Assembly (NCBI GenBank): GCA_030141605.1
Contig: JAQGDQ010000871.1
Location: 1 to 64,000, forward strand
From: Tubiluchus corallicola
Taxonomy: Eukaryota > Animalia > Priapulida
DNA: 64,000 nucleotides
Direction of reading: 5' to 3'
A program made the position numbers and the translations under genes. The number at the start of each line of letters is the position of its first letter. The stretch's first letter is position 1. Below the pieces are notes generated by a model. That model had not been told where the DNA came from, did not search any database, and saw nothing but the letters and a program-made list of their open reading frames with translations. Of this stretch, positions 39,089-50,995 are shown piece by piece.

Positions 39089-39697
39089 CCTCCCTCTCTC
39101 TCTCTCTCTCATTCTCTCTGACACTCCTTTCTCATTTTTTCATTCCATCCTATCTCATACCTTTGCCCCTTTCTTTATCTTTTTTCTTCTTTCCCTCGAT
39201 TTATTCTCCTTCCAAAGCTGTGTTGATCTTTTTAATTTACAAAAAGTAACATAATTTCAGGTATAACTCGAATGGATGAATTCTTCTTTCTAGTATCTGC
39301 AGATGTCGTCCAAGAAGTGCTGCAAAAGTTTCACTCGGAAACTCTTTTATGTGATGAGTTTGGTGGCATATCAGCAGGAATGTGGCTTTACAACATGCAC
39401 AGCGTCACTTACCTTGTGGACAACTCCAGGATTCTTTTGCATTATGACAAAGATGCGGTTCTAAAACCGACAATATGCAATGACATCATTGTTGCCCACA
39501 AAGTTTATCCAGCGCTGATCCAGAAAATTTGGACATTGGCCAATAACTCCATCGTACATGGAATCTATTCAAGGCATTTCAGGCAAAGTTGTCCTCTTGG
39601 AAAACAGAATTATACAGGAAGACATTTAAAGTTTTGTCACAACGAGTCATTCACTAATAAATCATTTTGGCCTGGAAGTCAAGGCAGGTCACAGTAA
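38028..39697 (+). CDS. GT31 (beta-1,3-galactosyltransferase-like) type II membrane glycosyltransferase, divergent (338 aa)
   Basis: Exons 38028-38607 and 39261-39697 (G|GT phase 1). N-terminal TM anchor, LLFIGIMSAP..RRDVIRSTW, YFLRLDDDAF (DxD), late IIVAHK. Confidence 0.85.
38846..39120. repeat. (CT)n microsatellite in the GT31 intron
   Basis: About 270 bp of interrupted CT repeat. Confidence 0.98.
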
Positions 39698-40622
39698 ATT
39701 CAATTTCATTGCGCTTTAGTAGCGTGAACCATTTAAGCATAAACAAAGCTCGAAAGTAGTAATAGTGTCAATATTCTGTACCTTTTGTCAGTTTTTATTA
39801 AATTGTTACTTTATAGTACAAACTAGATTAATAAGAGATAAACACGTGATGTTGATCAAACACTGTACTATCTATAAAATTTAGTTAATTAATTTTGCCG
39901 CGCGGCAATAAACGCAATAAACAGAATTATTATAATTGTCTTAATATATCGTAATATCATATCATAATAATTTCGTTTCATTTGTAATAAAAGTGATTTA
40001 TTCCTGTTTTTTTTAAAAAGTCTACAACAAGCCTATTAACTAGTTTGGTGCTATTGCGATATGTGTTGCTATGTACTACAATTCGAATTTTGTTTGAATG
40101 AATATAAACCACGGCGTTTTTTTATTTGTTAGTGTTCATAGTAATAACAAATTATCCGATGATTAATTGCTGGTCTTTCTTTTGTTTTATTTTATGTGAA
40201 TTCTTGAACTACCAGATTGTAACATTTGATCTAAACAAAATTATCAATCCTGCAGTACTATACAGAAAAGTTTTCGAAACTGGTCATCAAATTGCTTTGA
40301 ATCATCAAACTTGTTTTATATCTATGACACGCATTGACAGTGCGCTGTTTTTTTTCAATCGACGAATGAAGTTTTTGGTGGAAGAATGGACGTCTGAAAT
40401 TGAAACACCAAAGCGCGAAATTATAGCGCCTAAAAGTGATTTTAGTAATTACACAAGATACTTTTATTACTAAATCTTTCTGACATTTATCGCGAATATT
40501 AAAATGAGCTCAACTTCCCAGAAATACTTGGCTCTTCGTTCAAAAGACGATTAGATACGAAAACAAATGAACATAAAAATATTCCTATAAAAAAAGAAAA
40601 TTAAGTTAAGGATACAAATTTG

Positions 40623-41174
40623 CATGGGTGCCCGCAGAGTATAAAAAAGTTGACGCACAGGCAGCTTGGGGGTCTGGGGGAGGTCTGGGGCGCGGAGCCT
40701 CGGCCATCAACACATTTTCGTGTATTTAAGAACATTTTGGAGGCCTCAAATGAGATCTAAATTTTAGTACATAGACTTTCCCAAACGCTTTAATTAATAT
40801 ATTTTACCTGCATTTACCTAGATATTTATTGTATTCTATTGTAGTAGTCATATATCTTAAAAGTAAGTCCGTAATACACTGCAATGCGGATGACCCATTA
40901 CTTAAGCTTAATTTATTTAGTGTCAAAATTATCTACCCAGCAAAATGTGGATAGTCAAACATAAAACTGATTTGAGACTGTTAAGTTTACAGCCCATCTA
41001 CTGTTCAGACAAAATTTAATAAGTTGCGTGCGTATTCTCCCCCCCCCCCAACTCAACAAGTGTTAATGTGTATCGTAGTTTACTGCTAACAAATTTTATT
41101 CAGCCATAAAAAAATTTATTTAAGAAATTCTGTGGACGCACGTGCGTCAGTTCGTCCGCCTGCCGGCGCCCGTG
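40623..41174. mobile_element. hAT-type MITE (552 bp)
   Basis: TIRs CATGGGTGCCCGCAG / CTGCCGGCGCCCGTG flanked by a perfect 8-bp TSD CAAATTTG (40615-40622, 41175-41182). Confidence 0.85.
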
Positions 41175-42149
41175 CAAATTTGTGAAAAAATATTTACAGC
41201 GTTAATTAAAAGCGCATTAATTCCAAAAGGAAAATCAGGGAACTAGTCTGGAGTGAGCACCGGTTACGCTAGAGCAGTGATAACAACTAAGCATCGGTAT
41301 TCAAAATTGCAATTAAATATTGTCACGTTTAAACTACACATGAGAACCCAAGGGCAAGCAAAACAAATACATTTTCTTTAAAGAACATCAAAGTATATTA
41401 CAATCAATGAAATGACGCCTGGCATTAAAGTAAACTCTAACATTGACAGAGGAATATCTTCAATACGTTGCTGGTTATTTATTTAATTAATGCAAGCGTT
41501 AGAGAGATGCTTGAATTATACTAGAGTAGTGTTGTAACACCCTATTCAAGCGCCCCCATAAACGTTAATGGACGTCAAGGCTATTATACCACATGTTTTT
41601 ATTTAGGTAAATATTAGATCCGTTGGCTGCCTTAGGATACGGTTGCTACGTTCTTGTAACATCATGAACATTTAAATATGTTATGAGCTTAGCATGGCTA
41701 ATTACTGTGTGATGAAACAAAATAATAAAATTGTAGGTCAGATACAGTTGGTGCAAAACTAATACGGATTCTGTGATAAATGCTTTTGCATACAATATAA
41801 ATGAGCTAAGTGATGTGAATAGAGACTGTCCAGTGAAGGTATTTGGTTAGACAAAAATTAAGTTGTGGTGCAGATGTGGGGAAAATTGTTGGTAATAATA
41901 ATGCTGTGGCATCTCTGTTAAATGTTTTAATTGTCGATTAGTGGGAATTTTCCTGTTTTTATTATTTGTTTGTGATGAAAATGTTATTCAACAAAAGATA
42001 CCGAGTATTGGCGTGAATGGAGGATCACTGTGCCAAAATTACCAAAGTGGTTTCATCAACGTTTACAACTTTTTTTGAATGCTGTAAACACAGGTACCAT
42101 TCTATCACTCATTATTCATTTCTGAAATACTGCAGAGATCTCTTCGGAC

Positions 42150-45100
42150 ATGATTGTCAGAAAAATTACAGACTTTGAGCTTCCAGGAGTTTGGCGCAGT
42201 GTCTTTCTGGCGGTTCTCTTCTTATTGGCAACTATCACCATAGTCACTCTGAACATCACACCGAGTCTTAAAATGGTTATAAAAACGATGGATGTTGATT
42301 TGCAAAGTGCCTTATATGTAAGTTTTTTCAGAAATGCTCAAAAGGTTAACTGTTTTGCGTGTAATTATTTTACTGAGAGCAAAACACAATAAGGATGAAG
42401 ATGAAGGTGAGGATGAGGATAAGGCTCAAGTTGAAGATGCAGATGAGGACGTGGGTAAGGGTAAGGATAAGGATAAGGATGAACATGAGGATAAGGACAA
42501 AGATCATAGTAAGAATAAGGATAAGAATTAGGATATAAGGCTAAGCATAAGAATGAAAATGAGAATGATGATGAGGATGGGAATAAGGAAAAGGTAAGAA
42601 TGAGTATAAGGACACAAATTGGGATAAGTATGACGTCACTAGCACAGCCCGGATTCTCATCTCTTACAGTTTCCATGTTGTATTTGCATCGTGTTTTTCC
42701 TGCTGTTGTGCATCCAACACTTTTACGATAATGTGCATTAATCGTCTTACAAGTTATGATTTCAATCTATTACCATAGCCATCATTACAATTACTACAAT
42801 TACCAAACACGTTTGTTATTAATAGGAATCTTTAATATTACCATTAACCTCGTCCTCATCCTCATCTTCATCTTCATCCTCATCCCCATCCTCATCTTTA
42901 TCCTAGCCATGACCTTTACCATACACTCGCTTCATCGTTTTTTATCATTATCATCACTTTTATCCTTATCCTTTCCTAACTACATTTTTTGATGATAAAC
43001 TACATTTCCATTCTTATTTTATAATTTGCAAGTCTTTTAATTAATATGATGGTAGCAGTTATGTATTGTTATTTACATTGTGTTGCTTCATGATGTTAAA
43101 ATAAACAGGGCTACTATGTGACACAATAGTAAAGAAGCTAAAAACCTTTGAACGAGTGTCGGGATGATAAACTACTTTTGAGTATTTTGCTATAATCCCG
43201 GATTCTGATATCATAAATACCAAAAAACATTTTCTTTGTCAATACCATTGTTTTTGCTATTACAGTCGTCAGTGTCATCGTCATCATAATCATCATAATC
43301 ATCATCATTATCAACATTTTCGACGATATCACAGTATCATCACCGATATCATGTAAAATTGCACAATCTTATTTAGAATTATTTCTCACAAAAAGCAAAG
43401 TACATTCAATGATACATAACAACAACAGCAAAAAATAACAAATAGCTTACAATAAAATGCTTCAATGTGTGCTATCACGTTGAATAGTATTGTACAGTAT
43501 ATACAGTAAATTTCAGTTTTCAACATCAACATTACGAAGGCTATGTCCCAAGAAATCTGCAAAAAATTACAGAGCTGCCTATTTTTTACCTTGTTAAAGC
43601 TGACAAAGAGAAATTTATAACTGAAGTTTATATAAAGAGAAACATTGTAACTCCGGAGAGGGTAAACCCCTGCTCGTCAGACATTATGGTGGGTATCATG
43701 CATCAAATGTTTCAGAAAGATGATTCTAGTATTCATTCTGATAAATGGATCGTAGTGACTACTATCTACACACCTACCGCAGATGTAAACCGCCTGTCAG
43801 AAATACCAGGATGGAAAGTCGTTGTTGTTGGAGACAAGAAAACACCAGCAGATTGGAGGTATGTTGCTGAAGTGCAAACAAACATGCAAGCATTGATGTT
43901 TTTCATTGGAGGTATGTTGCTGAAGTGCAAACAAACATGCAAGCATTGATGCAAGCAAATCCGAATGGCTCCCTGCCTGTGTTCCGCCACTTCTTTTTTA
44001 CCCAGTTCATTTCAACACAGTTTCATTGTGCGCACGCGCAGTTGCTGTAGGTCAAGGTTAAGTGTACAATAGCAACGCGTCTTAGCTACAACCGTCACGT
44101 GACGTTTGGGTAAGGGAAAGCCATCTGCCCGTCACTTCAGTAGCGTTAGTTGTTTTACGTGGACCTTACTTAATTATGTATTATTCTGTGCATAGAGTGA
44201 TTTACTAGCAGGTTCTTGCTTAGGAACAAGAAAAAATTAACTAGGTAAGGTTCTAGCTAACTGCTACTATTACAATGGCATTGGCTACGAAGCGTTGTCA
44301 AGTGCGTTGTTTGATACACTTAACATTTGACCTTTTCAGATTCATCATCAATTGCTAGAACTGTGAAAAGGCTTATTGATAAAAAGTAAATTTGTCAAGT
44401 AAAAGGATAAATAGACAGATTAACATAGATCATGAAAATTAGGTTTCACTGTTCCATTATGCAGTCAAATTTTGTCGAATTTCAATTACAGCATGTCGAT
44501 AAAAGTGAAGTTTGAAGCGCTGAATTTTTTAAAAAGTTCTTGCGTTTTACTTTCAAGATGGCGCAACAGAAACTTATTTAAAATTGTTTCTTCGATGTGT
44601 GAAACATTCTTGGAAGCTGCTGTTCTTGAACAATTCTACCGTCTTTATCTAACGAAGTTATTTTAGTATGATCTTACGAATTTTTAAATAGGCTTAGATT
44701 CCTGTCTTTTATTTTGCTTCTCTCAATATTTTACTTGTTTTTACTTTTTATAATAATTATTGTAATTTTTGTCGTTAATAATAGTTCATATGTGAACCAG
44801 TATTCTATTTGTCAAAATGGACGTTAAATAGTTCAATCTACTTACTTATTCACTTTCTCTGGGTGCGCTCGCCGGACATTAATCAGATTTGCTATTTTTT
44901 TATCAGAAATGTGTTAATAATTATTATTGCTAGAAAGAGCATATTTTTGGCAAAAGGTACGTATGCATCTCTTTTCCATTAGGCATGCATGCAACAATCA
45001 ACCCCTACTTCTTTTCTTATTCAGAATATCTGGTACTGTAGTCGCTTTTGCGTGCTTTATAATCAACTACGATATTATTATTACAATATGCGATCATGAC

Positions 45101-48100
45101 TTGAAAAAATCCGAAGGTTATTTGATATTAATAATTACCTGACAACAAATTAAAAAGAATAGAAAGTTTATTCATTTTACTTGACGATCAAGATGTACAT
45201 GCTCTAAGTTTCAAATACGCCAGACGACACAAGATCCCATCTACGCACTATCGTACACTGTTAATGATGGCAGATTCAAGTCTTAGTCCCAATTTTATTA
45301 AATTTTGGTGATTGCCTTGTAGTCATAAGCGAACTGGCAAAATAATTAATGGCATTTTATTATTGTTGTTTCAGTCATCCAAACTGCATTTTTCTCAGTT
45401 CTGAGAAGCAACTTGAACTAGGATATCGTATTACTGACTATTTGCCATGGAACAGTTACTCTAGGAAGAACATTGGTTACATGTACGCTATACAAGTAAG
45501 CTTAGTTTAAGCATTACAATCGCTGGCGAATTAACATTAATTATACTTTACGTCATCAGTTTTTTTGGGGAAAAGATATCCATTTTTGTTGGAATTTCGG
45601 TATTACTGAAGATAAAAAGCTTTTGACTTTTATACGACTTAATAACTCCGCTAGAGCATAAATATTGTCTATTGCTTACACAGCAGTTATAGTGCTATAG
45701 CTTGCTTATTAACTAACAAGGATATTTATATACAAAGTCGTGTGATGGAATATGACTAATAACGCGTTTTAGAGTGATTCAGTTCATTGTGATTGTGTAT
45801 GAATTTTCAAGTGAAGCAATACCTTTTACTTTTATTTATTATTTACTACTGGCTTAATCTATAGCTATGGTCATGTGAAATATTGTATAAACTAAACGAT
45901 TTTCATCAGTAACGTTAAAGCAAAAGCAGACCGAATCTTAAACTGTAGGTCAAAACAATCTATCCTTTAAGATATTGGAAGGAAATACTATTTTTTCTAA
46001 AATGACTTACGTGAAAGAATTATAACCACACAAGCACAATTTCGCGTTCGCACCACTAGTTCTTCGCTATTACATGCATTTCGCCATTAACTAGTTAGAC
46101 GTGCACTAGCGCATGCATTTCGGAAACGCACTGCACAAAAGACAGGTGATGTACCTCTCAGTTCAGATGTGTTAGTTTGTGACGAACTTGCCTAGTTTTA
46201 GTACATCACACTAAACATCTTACAGTAGCACTGTACTTCAATTTTCGGTTTCGCAATCACGTGTAACACGCTCGTGGAATATTTTTGTTGTTGAAAATTA
46301 TGCTAGTTTGTGATGTCATCAATAGTTGGGCTCGCCTGTGGTAGTATGTGAAGAATCATCCTGTCTTACTTTAAGAATTTCCTTTTTATTCTTGCAGCAT
46401 GGGGCCAAGTTTATTTTTGATACAGATGACGACAACCATCCACTAGACAACTTACAGGGGTTCGTTTACACAGACAAAACCAATGGTCTAGCGTATGCCA
46501 ATGATGACAAACAAACTCTCCACCAAGTGGTCAATCCATACGCACACTTTGGGCAGCCAACCGTTTGGCCACGTGGGTATCCTCTAGATGAAATAGGAAC
46601 AAACATAACAAGGCTGTACCACGCTTGCATGTTCAAAACTCCAGCTATCCAACAAGGAGTGGTGAACGGTGATCCTGACGTTGACGCCATCTTTAGATTA
46701 ACGAGAAAGAACAAACATGTAACACTGAATCTAACATTTGACCAGACAGCACCACCAGTTGTTATACCACATTCCACCTACGTGCCTTTCAATTCTCAAA
46801 ATACACTTTATCATTACTCAGCCTTCTGGGGTTTAATGTTGCCCTTCACAACAACATTTCGAGTGTGTGATATTTGGAGGGGATATTGGACACAGAGACT
46901 GCTGAAAGAATTGGATGAGACGTTGGGTTTTGTTGGTCCAAACTGTTACCAGTTTCGAAACTCGCATTCGTATTTAGAGGATGCAAAAGATGAGGAGGAT
47001 CTTTACTTCAAAAGTTCGAAACTGGTTGAGTTACTGGCTTCATTTCAGTGTGAATCAGAAGATTTCTGGTCTTGCATATTACAACTTACGGAATTGATGG
47101 CTGAAGAAAGTTTTTGGCAAGATGGCGACGTGGAATTAGCTAAAGGTTGGCTGAATGATTTAAATTCTGTTGGCTATACTAAACCTACAAAGAAAACAGT
47201 AAGCAAATCTGTGTGCAATCACAATGGTGCAGATCAAACCAATGTTCAATTTTTTCCCGTACGTCAGCCAACAACGAACTTAAATTCCGTGAAACCCAGG
47301 AGAAAATTTCACAGTTTAGTTGTGGATTGGGCTGAAACGAAATTTTGTCAAAATGTTTCTGCTTGTCTGCAGAAAAACGTAGAACCAGAATTAACTTTTA
47401 AAAACATTTTGCTAATAATAACCGTCAGTCCACAAAAAGAAAACATTTCTAACACTTTGCCATTTTCAGACTTCATGTACAGATCGTTGTTTCCTGTCAT
47501 TTTATACTGTGGCGAAGTTATGCCAAATAACAGCACAGAGTTTTCATTTTACACTGTTGCAAGAAATATTGGAAAAGTTTGGTACCCGGGTGAGTGTATG
47601 CTGGGAGCTGTGAAAATGGGTTACGCAGTCTCAGGATATTTGTTGATAAATAATCATATGAGGTTCAGTTTAAATTATCTAGAAAAATTATTTAAACACG
47701 ACAAATCAGAAATGATGTTTCAAGACGACAAGCACCAGATTGAGGGAAATGCAAATACTGCAAGTGGCACCATCTATAGTCATTATAACGAAAGTAGTGG
47801 TGGTGCAACGAAAAGTTTTGTGAAAATGTTGAAAAGCCAAATAAAAGCTGCCTTTAAACTGTTGAAAGATGGCGTCATGGACAGCAGACGTAGTAAGTGT
47901 TTTAAAACAATAATGGCTGATGTCGGAAAAGATTACAAAATGGCGTTCAGTGGCGCAGGTGTGTATTACCTACCCGCTCGATTAAAAGACAGATTTCATC
48001 AGTTAGCTCTACTGTTTCGTAGGAAAACACAAATGGGTTTCAGTCTAAAAGTAATTAACAGAATTCTTCAATGCATAGACCAGCTAGAAAATGTTCAGCC

Positions 48101-48116
48101 AGAGGTCATACTCTAA
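42150..48116 (+). CDS. STELLO-like / DUF288 putative glycosyltransferase (about 716 aa)
   Basis: Exons 42150-42317, 43716-43858, 45375-45495, 46398-48116, phases consistent. TM anchor; motifs KWIVVTTI, WKVVVVGDKKTPADW, LPWNSYSRKNIGYMYAIQHGAKFIFDTDDDN, NPYAHFGQPTVWPRGYPL, IQQGVVNGDPDVDAIFRL, FRVCDIWRGYWTQRLL. Confidence 0.9.
42390..42630. repeat. Low-complexity GAT/GAG/AAG repeat in STELLO-like intron 1
   Basis: GATGAG/GATAAG hexamer runs; a complementary CTCATC run lies at about 42850-42980. Confidence 0.8.
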
Positions 48117-49708
48117 TGGATATTCACCAATGAGGAAGAATGAAGCAAATGTCCTTTTTAGGTGTGGCAATGATGGACTGCTGTTTGTTAACAAAGACAA
48201 AATTAATCATTTTGCTGGGTGCTTTTTTCGTAAAAATTCTTTCTTTGATGTTCATTGTTTGAAGAAATATCTGTGCAAAATGTGCATCTTATAGGTCTAC
48301 AGTTCAAATGCGTTATGATAAATTTGCTTATATTTACAGCACGTTCAGTCAAGCGAGATTTCTTATCAAGTAAACTCGTCAAGTAACTCGGAAGCGTGTT
48401 CAAACTAGAGCAAAACTTGTTGCGAGTTACTCCCCGATAGTAAGCGCAAGCTGACACTCGCACTTTATTTCACTGCGAGAAATGTCCTTAGTAACTCGCA
48501 AAGGCTTTCACACTAGAGTAACTCACAGGAAATCAACACGTAGCAACCGTAGAAGAGTTTGCAATAACTTGCCAACAGTAACTCACAAAGCAGTTAACAC
48601 TTGGCGAATTTATTGCTAAAAAACTCGCCAGTCTAAATTCGCCGTTAGATTTTATATTGTTCTTACAACAAGGCGCGAATAGAGTTGATAAATCATTGAA
48701 CTCCTTGTTTGATTGTTACAATTGCTTATTGTAAGCGATTGTAGCGTTATAATTACAAGAATTGTGGTTATAATAGTGAGTACTTTTATTGTTGTAATTC
48801 AAACTTGAGTGCTCCAAGTTTGTGCAAGCGCTGTCTACAATTAACACTCAACAATTAAGCTATATTTTTCGTTGGTTACTCGCAATCTTTACTGCGACGT
48901 TATTAATAAAAAATGACAAATAAAATATTTTGATTATTTATAAATCATTTTTAAACATTAATAAATTCTTCGTAGCCGACAACGCATCTTTTAATCTTCA
49001 AAAATCGCAATATTTATGTATCTGTAAAGCATATTGTTTGGTAATGGAGTTTTCGTTTGGCTGTAGTTATGACAACAGCAGGCAATGCATGATGTTAGCG
49101 ATGAATCTGCTTTCAGAAACGGGCGCTTTCTAACCCCGTTCAAGTAATGGGGGGAGGGGGGGACAATCCACGCTATCCCAAGCTTCCGTCACCCGTGCAC
49201 ACCATGTGACGTATCTGATGACAAACTTACATTATCATATGTTAAAACTACAGCTGAATGATACTGATAATTTCTAGATGAAATCGGCGGATAATAATAA
49301 AATGACGATTTTCACAATACCAGAACAAGAATACTTACCAGCAGATTCACCTTCATGGATATTTTATATTGATCTTGAATAAGAGTCAAGTACTTGAGCA
49401 AAACAAGGGAGCTTTTCGCCCATAAATTTTCTGAAATTGTTTACTCTGCTTTTGTTTACGTGAAACAGCAGTAAAGGGCGGCGTCAATGACATTTGGAGG
49501 TCGGTTACCCGACAGCTCGGCAGACTTTCGAAAATGCCAAACTACATATAAAATAGTAAGTTAAAACACTAAGTACACAGTTTCGCACTTGAGTTTAGCA
49601 CAAATTCCCATCGTGTAACTAGTAATAATTATATTGTTAATACTATTACAGTGCATTGTTTATACAAACGACTCAATGAAACAACATTTCATAATCTACA
49701 ACATAGCT

Positions 49709-50954
49709 ATGTATTACAAAGTTCTTGTCTTGGTAAGCTTTTTAGTATTGCAAAGCAGATGTATATTGTCTGATAGGCTTACATGTATCGACAGCGACAA
49801 TGATAGCTGTGGCGAGAGAGATCAAACACCAAATTTTGTGTTGTTCTTCGCGGATGATGTTGGTTATGGCGATTTGTCTGTGTATGGTCACCCTACTCAA
49901 GAGTGGAACAGAATTGACAAAATGGCTACTGACGGAATTAGATTTACTCAATGGTATTCTGCTGATAGTGTATGCACTCCCAGTCGAGCAGCTCTGTTAA
50001 CAGGTATCTTGTCAAGACACATAGATGTGATATGTTCTATACTTTTGTGGCAGTTTTGGTAGACATTAAGGCACACAGCACCTGAATAGTAGCTAGTGGC
50101 TAAAACGAAAGTGGGAACGTTTGGTACACGTAAAATTAGTACGAGGAAACTTTGGTATTGACAAAATTCGGTACTAGAAATTTTTAGTAGTAGGAAAATA
50201 TGGTACTAGGGTTGTTTAGTACTGAGAAATATTGGTACAAGAGAGTTTTTGTACTATAAAAATATGGTACGAAGAAAATTTCGTACGAAAAAAGTTTGGT
50301 ACTGGAAAATTTGGTACAAAACGAAAAAGAGAACATTTTTATATTGCAATAAACTAAAAGTTTCAAACGGAGAATAGACGTTACGCTATAGGGAAGTTTA
50401 TCCAGGGCGGAAATTTGGTACTAGGAAAGTTGATTTATTAAAACGCCCTTGAAACATCTTAAGTAATAGTGGGTGACAGGCACATCTGAGAATTCTTTCA
50501 GCAAAATCTGTAAGGTCTACAACTTACCATACAAATTTTCGAAAAGTTCAGGCAATTAGTTTTTTTTTCGGGAAAAATGATTATTTTTCCTGTTTTTTAC
50601 AAAGGTTATCAAACCGAGCGCAAATGCAGTGATGGGCAATGGTGTCACTGGAATGATCATCTTGTAGCATAGTTTGGGGGTGAGAACCGCCCTTCTTGGT
50701 GCTCCTACTGCTGCTGGTAGTGGCGACGGTGATGGTGTAATACTGTTATGATGCTGCTGTTGGCAACGGTCGCACTGGCAGCAATGGCGATGATGCTTAT
50801 CATGTTGGCACTCACCACCACGACTACCAACACCACTTTCACCGCCTCCACTGCCAACAATAACGACATCATCAACAACAATGGCAATAAGAAGACCAAA
50901 AACAACAAAAAGAACAGCAACAATAAGAACAACAACAACAACAACAACAACAAT

Positions 50955-50995
<41 letters not shown>

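Noticed and set aside
38791-39254. SL-repeat ORFs (also the SL/ER ORFs at 25613-26083)
   Set aside because: (CT)n microsatellite translations; only 25735-25868 is a real exon.
42334-42676. Acidic/basic low-complexity ORFs
   Set aside because: Simple repeats in STELLO-like intron 1; exon 1 splices in frame directly to 43716.
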